A DNA stretch of 64,000 nucleotides, taken from positions 136,834,001-136,898,000 of the forward strand of contig NC_042999.1 of NCBI RefSeq assembly GCF_006345805.1, in the 5' to 3' direction. The position numbers were made by a program, and so were the translations under genes. Shown here piece after piece: positions 1 to 12,683 of the stretch; the stretch's first letter is position 1; each line of letters begins with the position of its first letter. This DNA comes from Octopus sinensis. Taxonomy: Eukaryota. The notes beneath the pieces are model-generated. The model made no database searches. It was not told where the DNA came from and worked only from the letters and a program-made list of their open reading frames with translations.

Positions 1-1171
1 TTTCTCCCCCCTTCCTCTTGCACATCTTTTATTTCTCTTTCTCTTCTTAAATTTTAACTTTTCCCTGTATCTCCTCAAATTTTCATTGCTCTGAACCTAT
101 TATTCATTCTTCTTAGATGTGTCTGCTCATATTAAGAACTGATTCAGTGAAACATCTCTACTATTCAAAAACCTCATGAGCTTCATTTCTAAAATTCTGT
201 ATATATATCTGTCTTTCACTTCTGATACCTTCCTAAAAAAAGTCAATTCAGAAAGCTCAGTCTGCAACATTTAATACAATAGTAGTTTTCCAAAATTAAA
301 CAGTTTGCAGTGGTTTGTCTTTGTATATAATAGACTATGCTCGAATGGTCATCATCTACGATGTCAGAGTTTTTACCCTTAACATGTTGATTACTCCAAG
401 CCTCTGTAATCATTCATGTACTTCTCTGTAGTTAAACTTGTCTTCACAGACTTTATTTTCGTGATTTTCACTTCGGTACATCTAATTACCAACCTTGGAG
501 CCATTCCACGTCTTCCTTTAATATAGAACACATGGAGAGGATTTACCTGTCACCATAAGCATTAACAAATGAATAGATTCTGCATTTAACTAAAATCTAA
601 AAAGAAAAATAATAAAATGAAATATTTTTTCTCATAAGCAAGGCAAGATCATTATTAAAACTGTCCCTCTAACAGCATAAATATAAAAATCTTTCAAACA
701 ACAAAAATAGTTTTGCATTGTGTTTAATCATAAATATATGATTTTATGCAATCAGCTACTTCTGCACTGCTCTACCGATGAAATATAAAGTGCCTTACCT
801 TTGATCATCCCAAAGTTTTTGTCATGGTTTCCAGAATTAGCTATTCTTTTGTTTATATCCTCCAAACAGAACCAAATACACTAACACTGAAAATCTGTTT
901 CACTCATATTGATTAAATTGTTTTTTTAAAAAGTGCATCCAGCACATTGGTCTAACTACATATATTTTTGGTTTTGACTTACAAGTGTATCAACTTTCTT
1001 GACTGATCTTGTCCAATCTGCCCTCAGAGACTATTTCAAACATTCTTTTTTCCTTATTTCCTTTTATTGATTTCTTTGTTTTCTTTCTTTCACATACATG
1101 TGCAAATGCATGTTTGTAGTTATACACAATGCTGCAAATATTTTTAGATATTTTCTTCATCTCTTTTTCAG

Positions 1172-1291
1172 GTTGTGTTGGCAAATGTATGAGTAATCCA
1201 TGTTTCAACGGAGGGACATGCTATGAAGGTTACTCTCATTATACCTGTGATTGTTCCTATACTCCTTTCAGAGGCTGGATGTGTGGAAGAG
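1172..1291 (+). CDS. Nrx-IV: Neurexin IV/Caspr (CNTNAP)-like gene, exon A: EGF-like domain
   Basis: Acceptor ttttcag|GT, donor AGAG|gtaagc, 120 nt, phase 1-1. Encodes CVGKCMSNPCFNGGTCYEGYSHYTCDCSYTPFRGWMCGR, a six-Cys EGF pattern. Splices in frame to 6539. Confidence 0.92.
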
Positions 1292-1297
1292 GTAAGC

Positions 1298-1755
<458 letters not shown>

Positions 1756-1869
1756 GCATATATTGTATATAGCAAATTTAAATTCAGTAACAAAGATAGA
1801 TTCACTTTCAGTATCTGTAAATATTATATCATTGTTTTTTTAGCAACAACATGATTGAAAAAAAATGCC

Positions 1870-2088
1870 TTAACCATTTAGCTTTTGAATTGGTCATAAC
1901 AAGGCCAGACATTTTACTTGTTTTATCTTCAAACCAACCAGGATCAGGCTTCTCACGTCTACCCTATAATGTCATTCTAAAAATAGACAGTCACATCATT
2001 GAAATCTCAAAGCTATGAGATAATGCATTATTAATTTAAAACAATATGAATAAATACGCATTACATTTGATAGAGTACTCTGAATGCA
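1870..2088. mobile_element. ~220-bp MITE-like element family F, copy 1
   Basis: Shares core ctaccctacaatgtcattctaaaa...cacatcattgaaatctcaaagct with 9873-10093, 21110-21253 and 27874-28088. Confidence 0.75.
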
Positions 2089-3224
2089 TGCAAAATACAA
2101 ATATAGTGGAGTCTCAAATGAATTGAAAAAATTATACTGAATTGAAAAAACAATAATTAACTATCAAATTTGTAATTTGATAGCAAAAACTTTATCTAGA
2201 TGTTTTTTGTTGTTTTTTCTGATAGCATTAAGATCAGTTAAGTGAAAATTTGGAAAATATAGAGAATGCAAATTTGAGTGGATTTGGTCTTTAAAGCTTT
2301 CTAGTGAAAGCAGCAAATATGTTTCAGTCTTGTATGGTAGTGGTGGTGATGATGATGTTGATGATGATGATTCTTTTTAATCTTTTCATCACCATGTGTA
2401 TCCTAGTTTTAGAATAAGTATACTGTGTCTTTTCTTGTGATACAAGGCAGCTGAAAGAATTAATGAGAAGAAGGGCAGTTAGCTATAAAACACTGTCTTG
2501 AAAAACCAATTCAATCCATGTCAGCATAGAAAAGCAGATATATGACAGTAACTTTTAGTCTTGCCTACTGAGTAGAACATTCCTTGCTGAGGAGATCTAA
2601 TAATATTAAAGCATCTGTGGCTTTAGAGATAAGCATCTATCACACATGTAAGGTACATGCCTTAAATCTGCATTATCTGTGTTGTCCAACAGTTTTGATC
2701 AACCTGTTTCCTCTGCTTGTTTTGGGCCAACCATGAAGTTTTGGGTCAACTATGATCCATTTGATTTTTGATTTAAAGTGCTACAGCCATAAACAAACAT
2801 CCCATTTTCTTTTTTCAGAAATAGTATATCTATCTACATCACTAAATGTGCTATTTATTTTATGTTAAGATGTGATAGTTTGAGCATAAAAATGGCTGTT
2901 GAATAAATTAAAATTAAAATTCACTTCTATATTAATATAATTTGGATTTCTTATTTAGACACAGTGCTACAAATTTATGTGGAAGAGGGATCAGACTCTG
3001 TGACATTGAATACCTATCTCTTAAAGACATTAGTGACCTAAGTAAAGTAAAGTTATTTTGTGAACTCAACTTCTCAGGAACTAACTTTGACTCTGTTACA
3101 TGCCTTTTGAAAATACTTTCTGACTTAGGTAAAAGACCATCAATAAATGAGATAGTCAAGACCATCAACCTCATTACTAGACAGCCATCTGAAAATAACA
3201 AAATGCATTCTTTATGTCTAGCTT

Positions 3225-4600
3225 AATGTGGATGTTTTGTTAAAGTGCCATATACTACCTTATTTACCTTTGGAGAACCTCTGCATAAAAGTACACATAT
3301 TTAGATCATTGGCAAATGGGCATCGTCAGCTATTGGTGCATGAACTACCAGACCATATGACTTCATAATACCCCATCTCCTCAGTGGTAGGCATTCACTC
3401 ACTGCATATCAGTTAAATCTCGCTGCCAAATGATATATACAGTTTCATATTTCTTTATCGCCCACAAGGGGCTAAACATAGAGAGGACAAAGAAGGACAG
3501 ACAAAGATATTAAGTCAATTACATTGCCCCCAGTGCATAACTGGTACTTAATTTATCAAAGGATGAAAGGCAAAGTTGACCTCAGCGGAATTTGAACTCA
3601 GAACGTAAAGACAGACGAAATTCCACTAAGCATTTCGCCTGGCATGCTAACGTTTCTGCCAGTTTGCCGCCTTTATATATAGATATATAGAGTTTCAGTG
3701 ACTCTTCAAGCACTGATGATGCAAATAGCCAGCAGGCTTATTAAAAAATAATTATTAGTGACAGAAGCACTATTAATACCAAAAGGCAATCATTATATCC
3801 AATTTAACATGAATGTTTCGTGAGACTGCTTAATACTGCATTATTAACCTTGAGGACTCATATGGATGCATGGCACAAAAAACACACATTAATATTGTTG
3901 GCATTCCAGAACCATCTGCTACAGGTGCCAAACCTCCCTGATCATGTGATTTCGACATACCCCACTTTCTCAGCAGCAGATTTCCCTGCAAACCAGCCAA
4001 ATATCACTGCTAACAATATATAAAATTTTAGTGTCTCTTCAAGCACTGATGTCACAAATAGCCACTGAGGAGATAGTATGTCAAAATCAGTATGTCAAAA
4101 TCAATGATATGAATATGTATGCTTTTATGCACCATGCATCCATATGAAAGTTCTCTCAGGGTAGATTACATGGTATTAGTCATTCTAACAAAATATCCCC
4201 ATTAAGTTGGGTATAAAGATTGCTTTTTGATCTTAATAGTGCCTCTGTCACTCGTAATTACTTTTTAATAAGCCTGCTGGCTATTCAAATCAGTGCCTGA
4301 AGAATCACTGAAATTCCATATCTCACTTGGCAGTGAGACTTGGCTGGTATTCAGTGACTGGACATCTACCAGAAAGGGTATTTTGAAATCATGTGATCTG
4401 GTAGTACCTGTGCTCATAACAGATGATTCTAATCTGCCAACAATATAAGTATATGTGCTTTTATGCACACCATAAACCCATAAGAGGTTCTTCCCAGGTA
4501 AATAAAGCAGTATTCAGCATGCTAACAGTGCATTCACATTAAGTTGGACATAAAGATCACCTTTTGGTACTAATACTACTTCTGTTGCTAATAATTATTG
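3225..4600. repeat. Diverged ~335-bp tandem repeat with internal inversion (fold-back)
   Basis: Period 333 on the left (gtgactcttcaagcac 3698 / gtgtctcttcaagcac 4031) and 336 on the right (gcttttatgcac 4121 / 4457). Perfect 23-bp inverted anchor at 3725-3747 / 4262-4284. Confidence 0.8.
3448..3672 (-). mobile_element. tRNA-derived SINE family A, full length, with TSD
   Basis: Minus strand reads AAGGCGGCAAACTGGCAGAAACGTTAGCA...GAGTTCAAATTCC (A/B-box-like) to ...GATAAAGAAATA. Flanked by gatatata(c/g)agtttca at 3432-3447 and 3682-3697. Confidence 0.88.
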
Positions 4601-5824
4601 TTTTAGCAAAAAACTGAGCATAATTATAATATTTCTGAATGACTGTGGTTATTTTAAGAAATTACAATAAAAGATACCCAAGTGGCATTTATATTTTACT
4701 ACATTGATTCTTCATTAAATAAATATTCTGAAGACTGTGCTTCTGAAAATGTAATCCCTAATCTAGTAAGCTAAAAGAACTGTACACTAAATGTCAAGCA
4801 GATGTAAAAAGTCATTGATTTAAATTCTGAAATATTTAGACATGATCTGCTGTGAGCAGAATCATGTCTAAATATGTTTGAAATCCAGCAACCAAAATTT
4901 GTTGGAACTGCATATAACTAGCATTTATTTTTTATAAAGTATTAAAATAACCAAGAATTATGAATAAAATTGCAACCTAAACAAAGAAGGTGACATGACT
5001 CAATTGCAGGCAAGCAATCACAATGTAAGTTAGAAATTATAAAAGAAAATTTTCATCTATATAAAACATGAATAGATTATAGAATAAATATGAATTTAGA
5101 ATATCAGCTTTTTTATTCCATGATTGTAAATGCTTCTGTGTAATAGCGGGCAATATTATAATAATGACTTTTTTGTAACTATGCACTGCCATATAGTTTA
5201 GAACTACAAAGATTGTGAGAAAAGGAATGAATTTTTTTTTTTTTTTTTTTTTTTGAAAGACAAATTTTGATACCATGTTCTGATATTTCCTATCATCACA
5301 AAATGCATCTCTTCGATATCCTTTTCAACAAAGATTTTCTATTTGGAAAGGTTATTCTAATAAAATGACTTTCAATATGTTCTCTTTTTTAACACCAGTT
5401 TTCTATCTATATTTATTGCAATCCTGTGTTTTGCTTTAATGTTAGCAGTTGGTTCGATAGTCCTCAGGCTATTTCTATTAATCATACATGTGCAAATTAT
5501 AAACAGTATATTTTATTTTAGGTGATATTTGCCTCTTAAGAACAGAGTTAAATGTTTTCCATTTCTGCTGTATGTGATTAATCTGCTCTCTCGCCATGAA
5601 CGACTATTACATAGCTAATATACAAATGCTACAAGATCTGAATTCTTTAAATAAGGAGACCTTACAGTATATGCATTGCATGAATTTTATCAGGCATGTA
5701 CCTTACATGTGTGATAGATGCTTACTAAACATATCCTTTATGGTAAGCTGGTATTTAACACAAAGAAACCCATACATTTCAGCTTAAAATAGCAAATTCA
5801 GAGCTGTAGCTATGATTTGGTCTC

Positions 5825-5923
5825 TTTTGCTGAACCACTAAGTTACGGGGACATAAACACACTACCATCAGTTGTCAAGCGATGTTGGGGGGTACAAGCA
5901 CAGATACACAAACATATACACAC

Positions 5924-5983
<60 letters not shown>

Positions 5984-6108
5984 GACAGGCTTCTGTCCAC
6001 CAAACTCACTCACAAGGCCTTGTTCAGCCCAAGGAGCCACGCAGTGGGAATGAACCCAGAACCATGTGGTTGGTAAGCAAGCCACCCACCACCCAGCCAT
6101 TCCTGCGT
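5825..6108 (-). mobile_element. tRNA-derived SINE family B (central CA/TA tract)
   Basis: Reverse complement of the family B head (GCAGGAATGGCT...TGGTTCTGGGTTCATTCCC) and core (CTTGACAAC...GTCCCCGTAACTTAG). Confidence 0.8.
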
Positions 6109-6164
6109 CTAAATGTTTATATTAAATGTTTATATCAAAATTCTAAAATAATGCTGTTAAATAC

Positions 6165-6480
6165 TGTGTGACACCTTGGGCGTTTTCTACTATAGCCTTG
6201 GGCTGACGAAAGCCTTATGAGTAGATTTGGTAAATGGAAACTGAAAGAAGCCCAATTATATATATATATACACACACACACATAATCATCATCATCATCG
6301 TTTAACACCCACTGGTGTCACCACCATCACTTTACAACTGGTTTTGGTGTGTTTGCATCCCCATAGCTTAGCAGTTTGGCAAAATAGACCGATAGAATAA
6401 GTCCTGGGATCGATTCATTCAATGAAAGATTTAAAGCAGTGCCCCAGCATATCTGCAGTCTAATAACTGAAACAGATAAA
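6165..6480 (+). mobile_element. SINE family B, 5'-truncated
   Basis: CTACTATAGCC...GAAACTGAAAGAAGCCC, then core, then 3' GCAGTCTAATAACTGAAACA; matches 30543-30960. Confidence 0.8.
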
Positions 6481-6538
6481 ATATATATATAAGGATTTAA
6501 AACTTTTTGTTTAATGCTTACAATTGTTTCTATTACAG

Positions 6539-6724
6539 AGGTCGGTGCCAATATGCTACCCAACTATATGATATCCTACAAATTTGATGAATCACAGGGG
6601 CTTTCTGCTTCTGATTTCAACACAGCAACTATTGGTTTCTCTACTGCAAAGAAGCAAGGTATTCTTATGCAGATAAGCAATAAGGAGAATACTGAATATA
6701 TATCAGTTGAAATTAACAATCACG
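6539..6724 (+). CDS. Nrx-IV: Neurexin IV/Caspr-like exon B: start of last laminin-G domain
   Basis: tattacag|AG ... CACG|gtaaat, 186 nt, phase 1-1. Encodes EVGANMLPNYMISYKFDESQGLSASDFNTATIGFSTAKKQGILMQISNKENTEYISVEINNH. Resembles the EIGAN...GFTT...EY segment of Nrx-IV LamG4 as I recall it. Confidence 0.92.
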
Positions 6725-6751
6725 GTAAATAATATTCCTTTATTCAAATAT

Positions 6752-6818
6752 TCTCTCCCTCTCTCCCCTCTCCCTCTCTCTCCCTCTCTCTCTCTCTCCT
6801 CTCCCCTCTCCCTCTCTC

Positions 6819-6849
<31 letters not shown>

Positions 6850-6860
6850 CTCTCTCTCTG
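6752..6860. repeat. (CT)/(CCT) polypyrimidine tract
   Basis: Read directly; ~28 nt after the exon B donor. Confidence 0.95.
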
Positions 6861-7479
6861 GGTTTTTTTTCCACTTTTTCACCCCTTGCGGACTGGAAGT
6901 GGTACTGACTGCATGGAAGCACTGTGGGTGTGAGCAATGCAATGTCTTGCTCTGTGCATGTTTTCAAATACACCACACTGAGAAGAATCTGTAAATGCAC
7001 TGTAAAATTCCTTGTATGAAAAGTTATGTAGTAACTGAACAGCATAATACCAGTACACAGCACAGACTGTCAGTACTAAATTTGTCTGCAAGAGGTTAAA
7101 ATGAGGTATTTCAGCCAATAATATCTGCTAAAAAATGTATTACTTCAAACAAATATTGTTTGAATTATAAGTATATTTAGTTTTTTCTTCTATTCATTTC
7201 TTATATTTATTCCTTCCAACCCATGCCAGCATGGAACATGGACATTAAATGATGATAATGTGGAGGATTTTTGTTATTAACCAATATTTTTCTAAATATT
7301 TACGAAAGTCATTCCCTCTGTTTTATGAATTGTATTACTTTTTACATTTTAATAAGCAGTATATATGCTGATGTGGACAGATGATAAGCACAGACTAGAA
7401 TATTAATAAAGAAAGTACTGCTTGTGTTTTCTATTTGTCTAATATATTGCTAGTTGTCATATCTATTTGTTGTTGCTTT

Positions 7480-7670
7480 ACTCCAGATCAACCCTGATCA
7501 AACAGACTTATAGTCAATGGCATCTCTCAGGCATGAATATTCCATTGTTTTAGATTTATCTACGACTGTATTATCTTGTATCCTTTCTTTTAAGATGATA
7601 GGATGTGATTTTAGAGAAATTCAGCTGCTATTTGTAGCAAGTCAAGGGGTTGCGTAAAAGTTCCCTTAGT
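7480..7670 (+). repeat. Old unclassified interspersed repeat family G
   Basis: Motif gg.tgtgattt..g.ga.att.agctgctattt.tagca recurs at ~8830-9040, 20770-20940 and 47600-47780. Confidence 0.55.
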
Positions 7671-8299
7671 TGCCTTATTTGTCATGTTTATTTTTTACTT
7701 TGTTAAAATCTATTTCTCTATAATACAATACTGGGAAATTTTAAAACAATTTTTATCGCTTTAGTTATTTCACTTAGAAGCTTCAAAGAAAATTTTTTGA
7801 TGAATTATTTCCAAATCTTCCATTTGCTAAAATGCCTTACTTAACATATTTGTGTAAAACCTTTTTTGACAACCTAAAATTTTGGTTTTTAGTATTTATA
7901 TTGATCTTGAATATCATTAGCTTTCTGGTGACAAAAGTGTAGCATTATAATCAAATTTTATTGGGAAATGGTTTGAATAAAAATGATAATTGTTTTCACT
8001 AAAGCACAAAAAAGAAGAGTTCTTTTTTTTTATATCTTTATAATGCTAACTCTTGACTATTGAACAAATATAAAATCAAATTAATGATTCTAATTTTCTG
8101 AAAGATTTTTTAAAAATTCTATTTATAGGGAAATCCAGTTTTTAACAAGTTGTCTATACATATTAATAATATTCAAAGTATGAAGTCGATAAGACCATTC
8201 CAAGGTCTTCATCAGTAAGACAGAGTTAACGATAATTACTCTAATAAAAGAGAAATTATGCAAAGCTAAATAAATATAGAGACATGTCTGTACTAGCGC

Positions 8300-8600
8300 A
8301 TCTGTTACATGCATTGGTGTGGATATGTCCTCCATCTCCCACTAGATCATTCTACCAGGTTTTTACTCTCATTCAATGCAGCAGCTCTAGGCTGGAAGAG
8401 GCCTCAAGGCAAGTCCCACACCATATGACTGGACATGATTAGGGAAGATCTCCAGAGGCTCAACATCACCATGGAAGACGCAAAGGAGCTGGCATGAGAT
8501 CACCAGCAATGGAGAGCACTGGTGGGCCTGGCCAGCTCTACACATGATGACACCTCTGGAACCGCTAACTTGGAATGACCTCAGCCCCATCAAGCAAGAG
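8300..8600 (+). mobile_element. RTE-clade LINE, decayed 3' end of RT ORF
   Basis: Translates HWCGYVLHLPLDHSTR...WKRPQGKSHTI*LDMIREDLQRLNITMEDAKELA*DHQQWRALV, resembling the RTE C-terminal W.GHV.R / RP.GRP..W.D / W..LV pattern. Contains in-frame stops. Confidence 0.75.
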
Positions 8601-9332
8601 CAGGAAGCAATGTATTAAGAAATAAACAGAGATCTATAAGATCTGAATTATTCTCAAAGTACCTCATGGTGATGAGAGTTAGTATTTACAGGAGAGATCA
8701 AAATTAGAAATGATACAGTTGCAATAGAAATGTCACAAGTTGTTTATTATTGCAAATGTTATTGAAACAGAAGGCTTTGGTTTTCTCTACAGTAGACCAT
8801 GGCATCCACAAGAGTTTGATATTGAATTTTAACCTCAGATCAGACTTGATCTAGCAGACATATGATTAAAGGCATTACAACTGTGATCATTCAATCTTTT
8901 TTTTAGCCATGGAAAAATGTGGTCCTAGATATTATTATACATGTTCCTTTTTTTCTTTTTTTAGAGGTTACAGGGAGTGATCCAGTTGTTGCTACTAGCA
9001 GATCTAGTAGTCATGTAGAGGCTCCATTATTGGTTTGCCTATGAGAGTTATTTCTTCTTATCAGTACATGGAGTATACATAAAAGAAAAAGTTTACAAGC
9101 AGCTGAGAAAATTGCAAACTGATTGAGTATACAAATGTTTCCAAACAGAGAGTGAACAAACTATGCCAATGTTCGTTGATATATTTAACTGGATACTAAA
9201 AAGAGAAAGTGCATGTAGAGAGTACTTTCAGTGAAATGGGTCAATATGGGAGGGTTTATTCGAGGATACATCATCACTCATCTCTTTTCAGAGGTAGTAG
9301 TATCAGATGCTCTTGAAAACTTGTAGCTTTAG

Positions 9333-9380
9333 CAGGTGGCACTATTGAGACATGGTCTGAGCCACTAATAATCAAAATTT
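9333..9380 (+). mobile_element. Old CR1-like LINE 3' terminal remnant
   Basis: caggtggcactattgagacatggtctgagccac resembles the CAGGTGGTGCT...AGACATGGCCTGGGCC terminus of the other CR1 copies. Confidence 0.45.
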
Positions 9381-9872
9381 ACCAAGAGAATCAACCTTTT
9401 ATAGAATGGAAAATGAGAGCTAGCTCAGTACAAAAAAAAATTAAGGGAGGGTTCGTGGAGTTACTCAATAAAATCCTGACTAAATGTTAATTCATTGAAT
9501 TCATTTCTTACATTATGAGAAACAGCTTGAAAGTATTTCATTACTTATAGTTTTGTTATTTACTACAAGTCATTACAATTGTAGTTAACTGTAAGCTAAC
9601 ATTTTTTCCATATGGTTATCTGATCCAAGTCTATTTTTTCAATTGCAATTGTAATATCTTGCTCATAGTAGCATATCTCCTGTGTTACTATCACCAACAA
9701 GATGAAAGCAACAAATGGTAAGATATGCTCTGAGAGCATATATTACCACTTTTGGGGGTTTTCTTCTACCACATATGTCCTACACTGTCAGCCAATTTAG
9801 CCACCTTTCTCCCCTAATCATTCTTCATCCATTCACTGCCTCCATACTTGCAGTACACATAAGCTGATAGGT

Positions 9873-10093
9873 TTAACCTTTTAGCATTTAAGCCAGCCAC
9901 ATCTGGCCAGGATATTCTACTTGTTTTCTGTTCAAGCTAACCAGATCCAGCTTCTCATACCAATCCTACAATGTCACTCTAAAAGTAAACCATCACCTCA
10001 TTAAAGTCACCAAACTACAGCATAATGCATGATTATTTCAAAACAATGCATAAATATTACATTTTATGATTAATTTGAATGCTAAAGATTTAA
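9873..10093. mobile_element. MITE family F, best-preserved copy (TTAA ends, piggyBac-like)
   Basis: TTAA-CCTTTTAGCATT ... AATGCTAAAGAT-TTAA: short imperfect TIR with TTAA at both ends. Confidence 0.7.
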
Positions 10094-11204
10094 TGCCCAG
10101 CTACCCTCTCAATTGATTTCTCCTCTACCTTTTATGTGGATTAACATACACATCTAATAGTTCATTGCTCTTGTTTCTCTCTAGCTTCTAAAAATCTTTC
10201 ACCTTTGGTGCTGTTCCATGTCTTACAATCTTTCCATTCCTTCCTTACTCTAGCTATTATAACTTCCACTACAGCTTAATTGGCTCACATAGGTAACTTA
10301 ACCTATTAAGTGCATAAAAGTATACTGGAACATCACCACCTTTAGCAGAAGCAGTTAATTTTTTACGAAAGTAACAGTTCATTAAGAATAAATCAAAATA
10401 ATCAATTATCTATTATAAACTTTTTATCAAACACCTTCATATTGTTTTGGAATGTACCAAAATTATTTTTGTTCCCAGCTGAAACAAAACTGGATTGTTT
10501 TCCACACCTAGAAGCCATTCTATAATACAATTTACAAAACATCTTTCATTAGAATGATAATTTGTAACTATGCTGTTGCTTGGCCTGCTACAATAGTTAT
10601 CAAATCTCCTTCAAAACAAGCCATGATCTTAAATAAAAGAGGGTACATTGGATGATGTAGACCCTTATATACTCATATGATAACAAGCAAAACTGTTTTA
10701 TGGCCACAAATAGATAAAAGAACAGACATTAGATTGTTGTTTTCTTTTTCATGTGTGTGTGTGTGTATGATGTTGTAGATGACAGTTGAAGTTTCTGCAA
10801 TTACTTGCTGAACAACCTGCACAGATGATATGATCTTGCAATTACTAGTGCAACACCCTAACCACTAGGCTATGTTCTCTGTGTTGCCACTATAAGGCCT
10901 TCTCACTCCTGTTTACCTGCCTCTTATGCTCATTTGATCTTTTCCTTTGTTCCCTAATAAAACTATAAAAGACTGTCACCTCATGGTTCCAATAAGGTAG
11001 TGTTACACCTAGGAAATTGGATAATAAAACAAACCCAGCAGTATACAGAAAGTGTTTCTGCTATAATTGCAGGAGTTGTAGACTTCCCAAGCCATATAGA
11101 AGAAAAAACATCTATCTGAGTGTACTACTACTAGTTCTTTAGAAACATACTTTTTTTAAATATTTCTTTTTGTCCATTTTCTATTAATGTTTTCAATCTT
11201 ACAG

Positions 11205-11344
11205 GTGGTGTTAAAATGGCATTTGATGTTGGCTTTGGTCGTGATGAACTGAACACAAAGAACCAAGACATAGATTATACTAATAATCAGCAGCATGTAG
11301 TGAGCATCAAAATTTCTAACAGAGGGCGGCACATAAGAATGCAG
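11205..11344 (+). CDS. Nrx-IV: Neurexin IV/Caspr-like exon C (laminin-G)
   Basis: cttacag|GT ... ATGCAG|gtaggt, 140 nt, phase 1-0. Encodes GGVKMAFDVGFGRDELNTKNQDIDYTNNQQHVVSIKISNRGRHIRMQ. Confidence 0.92.
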
Positions 11345-12458
11345 GTAGGTCTTAGTTTTGAACTATTCTGTAATCCATCAAAGGATGGTTTGCCAAGAAT
11401 TGGTGATATTTTGTTCCATTACTTCATCAACCATATCTTAAAAATGGTTTATTTTCATTGTTTTACCACATTGAACTAATGTCATTCCTATATTTCTCTT
11501 GTATTTTCTTTTTCTGTTTTTAATAAGAATCATCATCAACAAAACTTAAACATCTATTTGACAAATCTGCTCTTAGTCCACCCCACTCCCAAAAGGTAGT
11601 TACAGACCTATGATTTTGATGTAGTTAGTATTTTACTTGAACTTCTATTGAAAAATTCTTGGACAGAGAGGAGGTTCCAGAGTAAACTGCCTTCTGAGAA
11701 AAAGGGCTTGGGAGAAGTGTTTAGTCTGGGGTATGAGAGGTGAAACAGTAAAGTTAACAGTAGGAGGTTAGATGAATAGAATTTGTGGGCCTAGATAGAG
11801 AAAGTGTACAGCTGGCTAGTTCATATTCAAGGCCACATTTAATTTCTTAAGAAATATTTGACTATTATGTTTCATTTAAGATGGCAAGACTGGTCAATAT
11901 GATCTATCATATTTGATTCAGTTTAGTTGCACATTGAGATATTGATTTAATTGTATGAATTACTAAGTAAAAGTACAAGGTATGTGATAGCCCAAAGTCA
12001 CTTATGTTCCTATTGATAAATTCGTATTCTCTGTTACATGCTCTGTAGGTAAAACTAACAAATGACTTCCAGTGCAGTTTTACAAATTCTATGTGTTAGT
12101 AATATGAAGATATACTTTAAGTTGGATATTGAGAGCAGCTTCTGTAGGAGTTGATTAGACAAAAATTGTTATAAAAGTAGTTAGTGATGAACTTAGGAAC
12201 CTAGGTTCCATAAATAAAACAAACAATGGGCAAAATCACAACCAGTAGAGGAACTTATTCTGTTGCTCAACCTACGAAGCAGCAGACTTGACTTAGCAGT
12301 GACAATTGTACAAGGATAGGGAGAACACAAACTGCCTTTATGCTTTGGACCATAATGTCTCATAATTATTCATAATCAGTGTAGAGTGTTACTGAAATGA
12401 TTTTTTTTTCTCTATATTAGAGGTAACCAAAATGTCAATTTACAGCAATGCAAAGCTT

Positions 12459-12459
<1 letters not shown>

Positions 12460-12552
<93 letters not shown>

Positions 12553-12575
12553 TTCTTATTCTTCTTCTTCTTATT

Positions 12576-12606
<31 letters not shown>

Positions 12607-12632
12607 TTATTATTATTATTATTATTATTATT
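12460..12632. repeat. Compound triplet repeat (CTG)n-(CTT)n-(ATT)n
   Basis: Read directly. Confidence 0.98.
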
Positions 12633-12683
12633 CCCTCTCCACAACTTACTAGCTTTGTATCAAAATTTGAAACCATTATTATT

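Noticed and set aside
2942-3226. 94-aa ORF with faint resemblance to a hAT C-terminal region
   Set aside because: No ERSFS-type motif, no splice context, and no other transposase segments.
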